From Octopus sinensis (lineage: Eukaryota): 64,000 bases of DNA. Under the pieces are notes generated by a model. That model was given only the letters and a program-made list of their open reading frames with translations, was not told the origin of the DNA and searched no databases. Both the position numbers and the translations under genes were made by a program. Positions 12,319 to 24,673 of this stretch are shown one piece after another. Positions within the stretch are counted from its first letter, which is position 1. Every line of letters begins with the position of its first letter. The DNA lies in the NCBI RefSeq assembly GCF_006345805.1, contig NC_043007.1:33170001-33234000 (forward strand). The letters are read 5' to 3'.

Positions 12319-12378
12319 TATGTATGTATATATATATATATGTATGTATATATATTTATGTATGTATATATTTATATG

Positions 12379-12426
<48 letters not shown>

Positions 12427-12454
12427 TATACATGCACATATATATGTATGTATA

Positions 12455-12630
12455 TTTGATTTGAAAACCCCACTAGAATGGGAGAAAGCACTAATACGTG
12501 ATCTAAGTTATATGATATATAAAAAATGTAATATACAAATAAATATCTGTAAATATAAACAATCCGATTTTCTGAGTACCTCATTTCTTCTAATATAAAA
12601 TACCTGTACATCATCTCCAAACCTTTCAAT
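12455..12630 (+). mobile_element. (TA)n-embedded insert, same family as the 57205-57447 inverted repeat
   Basis: aataaatatctgtaaatataaa...ttctgagtacct...ttcttctaatat...tgtacatca shared with 57205-57447. Confidence 0.7.
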
Positions 12631-12633
12631 ATG

Positions 12634-12689
<56 letters not shown>

Positions 12690-12999
12690 GAAGTATATAT
12701 CTTTATGTATATATATATGTATATATATGTATATATGTATATATATGCATGTATATGTGTATGTATGTATATATATATATATGCATGTATATATATATAC
12801 GTGTATGTATATATGTATGTATGCATGTATATATATATATATATGTATGTATATACATATATGTATGTATATATATGCCTATATATATTTATGTATATAT
12901 ACGTGTGTGGGGTGGGGGTGTATATGTAGATGTATATATATATCGGAAAGGTGACATTTCAACACGTCTTTCTATACGATTAATGTAGAGATAGTTTAT

Positions 13000-14440
13000 T
13001 GCTACTATTTTTACTTTAAAAATCAAAATAATAGAAAATTATATACATTTTCGTTATTTGATGCGCATTTGTGTCTGGAAAGAGAAAAAAACTCAGTACA
13101 AACAGCAAGAAAAACATTTGCAGTTTATGGCGATGACGCCAGAGATGAGCAGACTCCTCTAAAGTTGTTCGGTAGGTTTAGGGGGAATATTTGATCTGGA
13201 GGACCGTGAACGTTCCAGCAGGCGTATGGTTGTTGATGATGACCAAATCAAACTCTCATAAAATAAAAATAAGTCGCATGTGCCACGATACCACAGTGAT
13301 ACATCACATATCTCATATAAATGTTATCAAGCATCTAAAAACACTTGGGTACGTGAATCACTATCATGCTGATTGTGGTGGTGGTGGTGGTGGTGGGGCT
13401 CCATATTTAACAGAATTGGAAGAAACGTTAGCACGCCGGGCGAAATGCTTAGCGGTATTTCGTCTGCCGTTACGTTGTGAGTTCAAATTCCGTCAAGGTC
13501 GACTTTGCCTTTCATCCTTTCGGGGTCGATAAATTAAGTACCACTAACGCACTGGGGTCGATGTAATCGACTTAATACCTATGTATGTCCTTGTTTGTCC
13601 CCTCTGTGTTTAGCCCCTTGTGGGTAATAAAGAAATAGGTATTTCCATCTACGATTTTCTGCTAAAATGCAACAAATATATTGCACAAGCATTTAAAAAT
13701 ATGTTATCAAGCATTTTAAAACACTTGGATACGTGAAACACTATCATGTTTGAGGGGGACCTCCATATTTAACAGAATAATTTTTAATGGGGCGTATTTC
13801 CATCTGCAATCTGTTCCGTATTGAGAAGAAAACAAGTAATGGTAAATGGATTATTCACAACAATATGTAGCGAAAAAGTCCCGGAGAAAACGAATAGAAC
13901 CAGTTTTAATCGTTTCAAAACCTGGTCTGAATCCGAAGAAGGTGTTACCCTGTATCTGGAGGGATTAGGTGAATGTTCTATATTACTAGACCCTTCTGAA
14001 AAGTAAGTTATTGAATTCAGATAATTATGTTTGCATTTAGATTGATTAAAAGAGAAATCGATGAAAAACATTCAGAATTGGTCAATCGGAAGGGTTTCAT
14101 CTTCCTTCAGAATAACGGTAAACCTCATATCTCCTGGGGGAGACTTTGAAGAAATTGGTGGAGCTTATCTTGTACCTTCAGGTTAACATTTATTTTGATC
14201 CCTACAAAAATTCATTCAGTAGGAAGAAGTTAAATTTTTTTGTAGGACTGTAAAAAGACTACTTAATCCAGTTCATATCCCAGAAACATGGCAATTTCGG
14301 GGAAGACGGTATCATGAAGCTGTCTGAAATATGGCGAAAGATAATGGAAAAAAATGGGACATATGTGGTTGAATAAAGGTACGTACGAATATCTAAATAT
14401 CTAAATATTGTGTTTGAATTTTACGAACTTTTGTTCCAGT
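13000..14440 (+). mobile_element. Decayed mariner (Tc1/mariner) transposase
   Basis: Frameshifted segments FAVYGDDA...FDLEDRERSSR...VDDDQIK...VIKHLKTLGYV...PYLTE; KPGLNPKKV...CIW; EDGIMKLSEIWRKIMEKNGTYV; interrupted by a SINE and an internal duplication. Confidence 0.85.
13416..13643 (+). mobile_element. SINE family A inside mariner
   Basis: gaaacgttagcacgccgggcgaaatgc...aaagaaataggtatt. Confidence 0.9.
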
Positions 14441-14612
14441 GCTCCAGCATGACCATTGTCAAATGACTGAGACTAGTAAAAAAGTAAAGGGATGTTTATC
14501 AATGTATTTATATTTTACACATATATACACCCATGTGCGCGCGCACACACACACTGACACACAGACGTACACACACACACACACATGCATATATATATAT
14601 ATATATATATAT

Positions 14613-14874
14613 CACGTGATCACGTGACCGGCCAGACCATCAGATGTTGTTACACATCGCTGGTCACAATGCGTTCGCATTGTTTTAGCTTTCGAGCAGG
14701 CCAACAGAAGAAAGAGTGGGAGAAAGAGTGGTGAAAGAGTACAGCAGGGATCACCACCACCTGCCGGAGACTCGTGGAGCTTTTAGGTGTTTTCGCTCAA
14801 TAAACACTCACAATGCCCGGTCTGGGAATCGAAACCGCGAGTCCGCTTCCCTAACCACTAGGCCATTGCGCCTC

Positions 14875-14877
<3 letters not shown>
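14613..14877 (-). mobile_element. tRNA-derived SINE family C
   Basis: Minus strand gtggaggcgcaatggcctagtggttaggg...cggtttcgattcccagaccggg. Confidence 0.85.
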
Positions 14878-14927
<50 letters not shown>

Positions 14928-15616
14928 GCCTCCACACACACACATATATATATATAAATTTACATACATAATTCTATATATTGATCATTAACGATGGAAG
15001 CAGTATTAGTTCAAAATAGCATTTGTACATCTTACTTAACATGGATATACTGTCGTAAGTATCAAGACTATGGTATTCGTCTCGAGACGGCAATTCGTAT
15101 AAACGCATACTGCTAAAACAAAAAAAAAAAAAAGCATGAGCATACTCGTATGCTAATATAGTCAAAGACAATGTTACATCTAAGCTAAAAACAAAAGTCA
15201 TGATGCTCACAGCCGGAACGCCTTGTACAATCCTCACAATAAGAAATGGTTTAAAATATAGCAACAACAATGACAACATCAACAATATCGGCAACGAATC
15301 CTTTGGAATTTAGATCTTGTCTACGCTGTACAAGAACCCCAGACATTCAAATTCCTTGGCAGTCGCATGGAGTATAGCGTTAACCATCAAAACAACTTTA
15401 CGGAATTTTGCCTTCATTAGCCAAGTTCTTTTTATCAAACAGTGATTAAGGAAGGCCTTTATACTGCTAACAGTCACCAATATACTAAGCCAGAAATCCT
15501 ACGATTCATTGGTAATTACTCGGCATTTTGTAACAATCACGTAACATTCTTTTTTTTCTATGTAAGAAACCCGGGTACTGCTTAAACAACGTTAAACTAT
15601 TACAACGTATTATTAT

Positions 15617-15658
<42 letters not shown>

Positions 15659-16139
15659 ACTTTTATCATAAAATCATTCGCTGCCTGATTGAAATTCTTC
15701 TGATCTAACTCGTCCCAGACATGTAGATAATTGATTGCTCTGAGCCATTATCAAGCGGTCTCAGTACCCGGGTATGTGTGTGCACGTGTGTATGTGTGCG
15801 CGCGCGTGCGCGAGTGCCTGAATATATATATATATATATATACATATATATATGATTATATATGGATATATATATACATATACGATTATATATGTATATA
15901 TATATATATATATATGTTATATATGGATATATATATATATAATATATATTATATATATATACATATACGATTATATATGTATAATATATATATATACACA
16001 TATATATATACATATATATATATAGGGTTACATATATATATATACACACACACACACATATATATATATATGATTATATATATATACATATATACATAAT
16101 CATACACACCCGTGTGCATATATATATACATACATATAC

Positions 16140-16175
<36 letters not shown>

Positions 16176-16344
16176 GATATATATAGATATATATATATAT
16201 GTATACATTTTGTACATGTAGAATATATAGTATGGCTTGCTGAAGATAATGAAGAGAGAGAATTCGTTGCAAATCAGCGGAGTAATTGATATATTTTGGC
16301 TGTTTCATTTTACTGCTATGATGTACACTCATGTGTAATATATT

Positions 16345-16354
16345 TTATGTGTGT

Positions 16355-16394
<40 letters not shown>

Positions 16395-16956
16395 ATATGT
16401 GTGTATGTATACATATGTGTGTATGTATGTATATGTCTGTGTGCATGTGCGCGCATGTGTGTGTATGTATGTGTGTGTGTATATATATGTGTGTGTGTGT
16501 ATGTATATGTGTGCGTGCATGTACGCGCATGTATGTGTGTGTGTGTATATATATGTATGTGTGTGTATGTATGTATATGTGTGCGTGCATGTACGCACAT
16601 GTGTATGTATGTATGTGTGTGTGTGTGTACATATGTTTGTATGTATACATATGTGTGTATGTATGTATATGTCTGTGTGCATGTGCGCGCATGTGTGTGT
16701 ATGTATGTGTGTGTGTGTATATATATGTGTGTGTATGTATATGTGTGCGTGCATGTACGCGCATGTGTGTGTATGTATGTGTGTGTGTGTGTGTATATAT
16801 ATGTGTGTGTATGTATGTATATGTCAGTGTGCATGTGCGCGCATGTGTGTGTATGTATGTGTGTGTGTGTGTATATATATATGTGTGTATGTATGTATGT
16901 ATATGTGTAAGTGCATGTACGCGCATGTGTATGTATGTGTGTGTGTGTGTGTGTGT
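16345..16956. repeat. TG/TA-derived alternating purine-pyrimidine tract with higher-order units
   Basis: Recurrent gtgcatgt(g/a)cgcgcatgt blocks every ~70-90 bp. Confidence 0.9.
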
Positions 16957-17225
16957 TTAAGTATTTGTGTCTTTCTCCATAATTTACAGAGAATTTAGAA
17001 TGAAGTTACTAGAATAAAATCATTAGCGGTTCGGCAGAAGAGACCGATAGAATAAGTACTAGGCTTACAAAAAATAAGTCCTGGTGGTTCGATTTGCTCG
17101 ACTAAAGGCGGTGCTCCAGCATGGCCGCAGTCAATTGACTGAAACAGATGAAAAAAAACCAAATCCCCGGTGACTTTACTTTACCTCTGCTCTTCCCTTC
17201 TTTCACAAGCTTTCCTCTACAGGGT

Positions 17226-17253
17226 ATTCTTCTTCTTCTTCTGCTTCTTCTTC

Positions 17254-17285
<32 letters not shown>

Positions 17286-18201
17286 CTTCTTCTTCTTCTT
17301 CTTTTTCTTCTTCTTCTTCTTCTTCTTCTTCTTCTTTTCCTTCTTCTTCTTTTCCTTCTTCATCTTCTTCTTCTTCTTCTTTGCCTTCTTCTTTTCCTTC
17401 TTCTTCTTCTTCTTCTTCTTTTCCTTCTTCTTCTTTTCCTCTTCTTTTTCTTCTTCTTCTTCTTCTTCTTCTTCTTCTCCTTTTCCTTCTTCTTTTCCCT
17501 CTTCTTCTTCTTCTTCTTCTTCTTCTTTTTCTCCTTTTCCTTCTTCTTCTTTTCCCTCTTCTTTTTCTTCTTCTTCTACTTCTGCTTTTCCTTCTTCTTC
17601 CTTTCCTTCTTCTTCTTCTTTTTTTCCTTCTTCTTCTTTTCCTTCTTCTTCTTCTTCATTTTCTTCATCTTCTTCTTCTTCTTTTCCTTCTTCTTCTTCT
17701 TCATATTCTTCTTCATATTCTTCTTCTTTTCCTTCTTCTTCTTTTCCTTCTTCGTCTTCTTCTTCTTCTTCTTCTTTTCCTTCTTCTTCTTTTTTCTTCT
17801 TCTTCTTCTTCTTCTTCTTCTCCTTTTCGTTCTTCTTCTTTTCCCTCTTCTTCTTCTTCTTCTTCTACTTCTGCTTTTCCTTCTTCTCCCTTTCCTTCTT
17901 CTTCTTTTTTTCCTTCTTCTTCTTTTCCTTCTTCTTCTTCTTCTTCTTCTTCATTTTTCTTCTTCTTCTTCTTCTTTTCCTTCTTCTTCTTCTTCATATT
18001 CTTCTTCTTTTCCTTCTTCTTTTCCTTCTTCTTCTTCTTCTTCTTCTATTCTTCTTCTTCTTCTATTTCTTCTTCTTCTTCTTCTTCTTCTTCTTCTTCC
18101 TTTCATTCTTTTTCTTTTCCTTCTTCTTCCTTTCCTTCTTCTTCCTTTCCTTCTTCTTCTTCTTTTCCTTCTTCTTCTTCTTCTTCTTCTCTCTTTTTCT
18201 C

Positions 18202-18258
<57 letters not shown>

Positions 18259-18260
18259 GC
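17226..18260. repeat. ~1-kb (CTT)n/(CT)n polypyrimidine tract
   Basis: Direct reading. Confidence 0.97.
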
Positions 18261-18605
18261 TCATAGGTTTCGTATTTCACTCACGGTTTATCTATTTCAC
18301 TATAGTTCACCTGTTCCTCATGCTCCTCCGCTTCCATTCAATATAAAATATCTTTGCTTTCTTTATATCGATACGAAAAAAAAAATATCCTTGTTTTCAA
18401 ATTGTTCTCTAAGTCTTTTAATGATACATGCCATCAAACGTAAAAATACGGCATTCGTTTGATATACTAGAACCGAAAGAAACATGATCATAAGTACAAA
18501 TCATTTTTATTTCAATTTATGGTTATAAAAAATAATACTCTGAATGTTTGGCCTCGTCTGGATCGTTTAATTAAGAGCAGCTTATATTTCATAATAAGCT
18601 TCCCA

Positions 18606-18657
<52 letters not shown>

Positions 18658-18692
18658 GTAATAATAATAATAATAATAGTAATAATAATAAC

Positions 18693-18723
<31 letters not shown>

Positions 18724-18725
<2 letters not shown>

Positions 18726-19207
18726 TGTTTTGTCTTGGTATAAAAGATGGGCTACAGCAAATATTCTGCTCAATACCACAGATATGCTTGTCAGTTGTTT
18801 GACCTTAACCAGTTGAGCATGTCCCTTAGTGGCTGATGATATGTGCATCTCTGATCACGAGCAGAAGTAGTGGGGGAGCATCATAGCAATGTGTTGAGAG
18901 GGATTCTTTGGGGTTTGAATAGTTCACCTCTGGAAACATGGGTGGTTCTTTCAACATCCTTAAACAACCCTTATTCAGGGACCTTTTGAGTGGGATGGGC
19001 TACTCAACCTGAAGAAAATTCTAACTGGGCCCCCACCTGCAAGGTCATGTGCTGTTTACCTTGATATGAGATCACCATGTCGCGCATATATGGTTGTGAT
19101 GCATGTGCCTGGTGTACCCTTATCAGACGGGTAGTCATGATGGGTATATTGGGCTTCGTATATTTTACCTCAGTGTCACTTTGATGGCATGAACTCCTCT
19201 CTCACTC
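18724..19207 (+). mobile_element. (AAT)n-embedded element E, 5'-truncated copy 1
   Basis: Homologous to copies 2-4; ends ctctcactc followed by (AAT)n. Confidence 0.9.
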
Positions 19208-19243
<36 letters not shown>

Positions 19244-19779
19244 CAGTGCCCTGATACAGTACCAAGCAGTAGCTCTCGTGGCTTCTGATCTTAACTGATT
19301 GGAAGTGTTATCATATACATTGTTTTTTCTTGGTATAAAAGATGGGCTACAGCAAATATTCTGCTCAATATCACATATTTGCTTGTCAGTTGAGCATGTC
19401 CCTTGGTGGCTAACGATATGTGCATCTCTGATCACAGGCAGAAGTAGTGGGGGAGATCTTACTCATGTGTTGAAAGGAATTCTTTGGAGTTTGAATAATT
19501 CACCTCTGGAAACAGCTGTTTTGTTCATTATCCTTAAACAAACATTATTCAGAGGCATTTTGAACTGGATTGGCTTATGATATATTTCAACCTGAAGAAT
19601 ATTCTGACTGGGCCCCGCCTGCAAGATCATGCGTTGTTTATCTTGTTATAAAATCACCATCCTGCATACATATGGTTGTGATGCATGTGCCCTTATCAGA
19701 TAGGTAGCCATGATGGGTATATTGGGCTTCGTATATTTTACCTCAGTGTCACTTTGACGCCATGTACTGCTCTCTTACT

Positions 19780-19780
<1 letters not shown>
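19244..19780 (+). mobile_element. (AAT)n-embedded element E, copy 2 (more diverged)
   Basis: tgccctgatacagtacc...gctctcttactt, flanked by (AAT)n. Confidence 0.9.
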
Positions 19781-19837
<57 letters not shown>

Positions 19838-19885
19838 TTAATAATAGTATTAATAATAATAATAATATTAATAATAATAATAATA

Positions 19886-20442
19886 AATGCCCTGATGCAG
19901 TACCAGGCAGTGGCTCTCATGGCTTCTGATCTTAACTGATTGGAAATGTTATCATGTACATTGTTTTGTCTTGGTATAAAAGATGGGCTACAGCAAATAT
20001 TCTGCTCAATACCACAGATTTGCTTGTCAGTGGTTTGACCTTAACCAGTTGAATATGTCCCTTAGTGGCTGACGATATGTGCATCTCTGATCACTAGCAG
20101 AAGTAGTGGGGGAGCATCATAGCCATGTGTTGAGAGGGATTCTTTGGGGTTTGAATAGTTCACCTCTGGAAACATGGGTTGTTCTTTCAACATCCTTAAA
20201 CAACCCTTATTCAGGGACCGTTTGAGCGGGATGGGCTACTCAACCTGAAGAAAATTCTAACTGGGCCCCACCTGCAAGGTCATGTGCTGTTTATCTTGAT
20301 ATGAGATCACCATGTCGCGCACATATGGTTGTGATGCATGTGCCTGGTGTACCTTTATCAGACGGGTAGTCATGATGGGTATATTGGGCTTCGTATATTT
20401 TACCCCCATGTCACTTTGATGGCATGAACTGCTCTCTCACTC
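19886..20442 (+). mobile_element. (AAT)n-embedded element E, copy 3 (~557 bp)
   Basis: aatgccctgatgcagtacc...gctctctcactc, flanked by (AAT)n. Confidence 0.9.
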
Positions 20443-20489
<47 letters not shown>

Positions 20490-20490
<1 letters not shown>

Positions 20491-20735
20491 CACAGAAAAC
20501 GAGAAAGCAACCATATCTGGGATATGCCAATACACACAGATAGAGAAATTAAGGCCAATAGGCCAGATATAGTTGTCAGAGATCATGAATTAAAAAATGC
20601 TTTCTGGCTGATGTATCAATACAAGCAGATGACAACGTTTCTCTAAAAGAAATGGAGAAGCTTTCAAAATACAAAGACCTGGAAATAGAGGTAACTCGAA
20701 TGTGGAATCTAAAAACAAAAACTAATCCTATCATA
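20490..20735 (+). mobile_element. R4/Dong-clade non-LTR retrotransposon fragment, restriction-like endonuclease domain
   Basis: With two frameshifts: WDMPIHTDREIKANRPDIVVRD...CFLADVSIQADDNVSLKEMEKLSKYKDLEIEVTRMWNLKT, showing the RPD...D...K-x-x-KY RLE signature; starts directly at an (AAT)n tract. Confidence 0.85.
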
Positions 20736-20847
20736 TTCCTTTCTCTATACAATAACCTCCCCTGTATTCTATATTTTTTGCTGGTTATTTATCTATTTTC
20801 CTTTACCTCGAATTTGCTACTAACTCTTCTGAAGAAGATGTACTTTT

Positions 20848-20990
20848 ATAGGCGTAGACATGGCTGTGTGGTAAGTAGCTTGCTTACCAGCCGCATGGTT
20901 CCGGGTTTTGGCAAGTCGCTTCTACTATAGCCTCCCCTATAGCCTTGTGAGTGGATTTGGTAGACGGAAACTGAAAGAAGCTAGTCGTAT
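20848..20990 (+). mobile_element. SINE family B head half (tail half at 24100-24358), split by a CR1 LINE
   Basis: taggcgtagacatggctgtgtggtaagtagc...gaaactgaaagaag. Confidence 0.8.
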
Positions 20991-23900
20991 ATAAACTTAG
21001 ATAAACTTAGATATGTTTCGACCAGAGATTGGTCCAGGCCATGTCTAACTTAATAGCACCACCTGATAGGATTATTCGAATCCTGTTTAAGTCAAGTTTT
21101 GTTCAAGTAGTGAGTTCTTGTTGGGTGAGTTGTATCCAGTTTTGTTGAAGTAGTGAGTTCTTGTTGGGTGAGTTGTATCCAATTATGGGTGGCTTATCTG
21201 GTATTCTTTGAAGGAATCTATCCAGACTCTGTTTGAAGTTGATGCGATCATTTTCCTCTTTGATCTCCCTCGGGACAATGTTAAATAGGGCAGGCCTGTT
21301 GAGGAAAAGAAATTATGTTGCAGTGTACATGTATGTTGTGATCTTGAATTTGGCAGGGGACGTATAGCCCGTGGTCCAAGTCTTGGATGAACCTTGAAGC
21401 TAATGTTTAGGTCGTTTGGGCAAAGTTGCGGTTATATTTTCCACATCGTACAAATGATGTACCACTCACGGCGACGCTGGAGTGAGTAAAGTTTCAAGGC
21501 TTTAAGGCGATCCCAATAATCGAGAGCAGCCATGCCTTCAATTGTTAGTGAGAGCCCTCTGGGGTGACTCAATTCTGGAGATGTTTTGTCTTGTGTGAGG
21601 AGACCACAGTGGGCAGCAGTATTCGAGGTGTGGCCGTACAAAGGAGGAAAAAAGTGGTATGATGACACCTTGTTTCTCGGACCGGAAAGTTCTTAAGATC
21701 CAGGAACTCATCCTACGAGCTATATCGACCTTCTTGTTGATGTGTGCACTCCAACTGAGATCGTCATCAACAATTACACCCAGGTCTCTGATATTGTTAG
21801 AGGCTGTGAGCGGTTCCCCTGAAGAAGAGAGTATGGTTGTTTTAGTGAGGAATTTCTTCCAAAATGCATCAGCTCAAATTTTCCCTCATTCAGTTGCATT
21901 TGTTTCTGTCTGCCCATTGACTCACAGCATATAGATCAGACTGGAGTTGAGTTCGGTCTGCTTCTTCATTGACGATTTGCTGGAGCTTAGTGTCATCAGC
22001 GAATATTTTCACTTTGCAGTGATGTACGACACTGGAAAGGTCGTTTACGTAAATTATGAAGAGTAGCGGACCCAAAACAGTTCCCTGGGGAACACCGCTG
22101 GTGACTTTTGCTGGGTTTGAGTGGACTCCATCAACTACAACATGTTGTGTTCTATTCGCCAGGAAATACTGAATCCAGCGTAGAACTTTTCCACGGATTC
22201 CAACATTTGCCAATTTTGAGAGTAGGATGTTATGGTCTACCCTGTCGAACGCTTACTGAAGTCAAGATATATGACGTCAGAGTTCGAACCTGTTCCCAAG
22301 GCTTTGAGTACATCTTCAATGTGGTGTAAGAGCTGTGTTAGACAGTCCCTGCCACAGCGAAAGCCATGCTGATTTGATTTAGGAGTTTGTGGGTCTCCAG
22401 GAAGTCAGCTATCCTTGATCTTAACACTCTTTCAAAACACTTAATGATGTGGGGGTGAGTGAGATTGGGCGGCGATAGTTGACTGCGAGGGATCTGTTCC
22501 CCCTTTTGAAACCGGGATGACCGACTGGGATAGAAACTGTTTCGGTATATAACCTGAGTCTAACGAGTTTCTCCAGAGGTTGGTCAGAGGGACTGCAAGT
22601 TGATATCTACATTCCTTCAGGAGACTAGCGGGAAATCTATCAGGGCCTACAGCAGAGTAATGTTTGACCTCATTTATTGCTGCTACGATGTCGGTGGCAG
22701 TGAAGGTTATGTCTGCGATTTGTGTTGGGAGTCAGCTTCGTTCGTTTCCCTCACATCAATATCAGTGGAACACTGAAGACAGAGCAGTAATTGTTTCTGC
22801 AGTTTTCTGCCATTTCTTTAGCATCGTGTTGGGGAATGCCGTTATCATCAATCAATGGCCCAATGGGTGAGACAGTGGTTCTATGCTTAATGCATAAGAT
22901 AGAACACTTTTGGGTTCTGTTTGATGTTTTTGATTACTCATTGTTCCTCCACAGCTCTTTGATTTCAATGGAGGTTTTCATGTTAGTCTGCAGATGAAGT
23001 TTTTCCAGCTCTAGTCTTTTCATTGTTGTTGAATGTGGATGTTGTGTGTGGGAATATTTTAATTGGTTGATTTTTTTGTTGAGTCTTTTGATGCGCCTGA
23101 TGAGTGTTTTTTTCTTTTTAGGGAGCGGGTCTGTTTGTGTTAGTAGATTTTTGGGAGCGTGTTTAGAGCATGTATAGGTGACAATGGTTTCAAAGTGCTG
23201 CCACGCGGTCTCAATATGAGGGGAATTGAGAGTAAAAGACCAGTCGATGGAAGACAGATCCTTTCTGATTGTTCCCAGTCGCTTTGTGGAAGTTTATGTT
23301 GTCAAATGGGTGCCATGGAGTGGGATTGCTGGTTTGGTTTTTATATGTCGGGAATTAAGATTGCAGAGTACCGTGTCGTGGTCTGAGAGGAGAGTATTTT
23401 CGACTGAAATGCTGTGAACGTAGCTAGAGTGATTGGTCAATACCAGATCCAAGATCGTTTTATTCTGTCTCGTTGGTCAAGCACTAGCTGAGTCAGGAAA
23501 TACTCATCCATCAGATTAAAGAGCAGTTCTGCTGCTGCCCTATCTGATGTAGAACACTTGCCTAACTTCGGAGTATTTGTGGGCCAGTTCACATGAGGGA
23601 GGTTGGTTAAAATCACCCATCACTAGTATGTTTCCGGAGTGGTACTTCCGAAGGAAGGACTTGACTTTGCTAAGGCACTCTTCAAGTACTTTAGAGGTGC
23701 CTGGGGAGGCCTGTAAAGACCAACAATGGTTATGTCCTTGGCTTTGTTGTATAGTGATACCGATTCACAGTAGCCATTGGAAAATGTGTCCTTGGCATCA
23801 AGTGAAAAGGAGTCATGGATAAAGATGGCTGTCCCTCCCTTATTTCGGTCTGTGCGATCCGCACGAACAATGGTGAAATCTTTTATTTTCACCTCTGCGT

Positions 23901-24097
23901 CCATATGGGTGTTGTTCAGGTGAGTCTCGGTAAGGATAAGAAAGAAGGGAAGCAATGTGCCATTTCGCAAGCCAACTCTCTATATATGGGATCTTCCATT
24001 TTTGGGCAATAATTGATGGGTTGATGCCACGTACATTTAACAGGAATGTCGAGGTAAGGGAAGTTGGTAATGGGTGAGTGGTCCTTGTGATTTGCAT
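20991..24097 (-). mobile_element. Decayed CR1-clade LINE ORF2 (APE endonuclease + reverse transcriptase) with 3' UTR
   Basis: EN: LLNVRG, LTETHL, RADR...GGTAIFI, GLYRPP; RT: SGVPQGTVLGPLLFIIYVNDL, FADDTKL; C-term LDYWDRLKALKLYSLQRRRE; many frameshifts; 10-bp tandem tail at 20991-21010. Confidence 0.92.
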
Positions 24098-24099
24098 AT

Positions 24100-24358
24100 G
24101 TATGTATGCATATGAGCGTGTGTGTGTCTGTGTGTATATATATATGTTTATGTGTCTGTGTTTGTCCCCCCAACATCGATTGACAACCGATGCTGGTGTG
24201 TTTACGTTCCTGTAACTTAGCGGTTCAGCAAAAGAGACCGATAGAATAAGTAATAGGCTTACAAAGAATAAGTCCTGGGGTCGATTTGATCGACTAAAGG
24301 CGGTGCTCCAGCATGGCTACAGTCAAATGACTGAAACAAATAAAAAAGTAAAAGAGTA
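24100..24358 (+). mobile_element. SINE family B tail half
   Basis: gtgtttgtccccc...ttgacaaccgatgctgg...aaatgactgaaacaa...aaaagagta. Confidence 0.9.
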
Positions 24359-24673
24359 CTGTATCTGTTTTATGAACCAGAAACCACGTGATTTCATCTA
24401 CATTCACATTTATCAGATCCAAACTATGAGCTTGACGCATAAAATTGCGCTGTTTTCTAATATTCAAGGTCAATCTATAATCAATTAGAGGCTCAAACAT
24501 GTGGATATGGAGTACATTCATATCTCTTGGCTCTGAAACATCTAGAATTCATTGCACATGATGGATGGCTTTTTGATTCGTTATGAATTTGCACGCCTAG
24601 AATTTTATCGCTTGTAATTTCATCATCTGTTAATTTCGTCGCCTGATAATATCACCATCTGATAATTATTTGC

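Noticed and set aside
18830-18880. CTGA(T/C)GA in element E as a hammerhead core
   Set aside because: Followed by GAAG rather than GAAA and no consistent stems across the four copies
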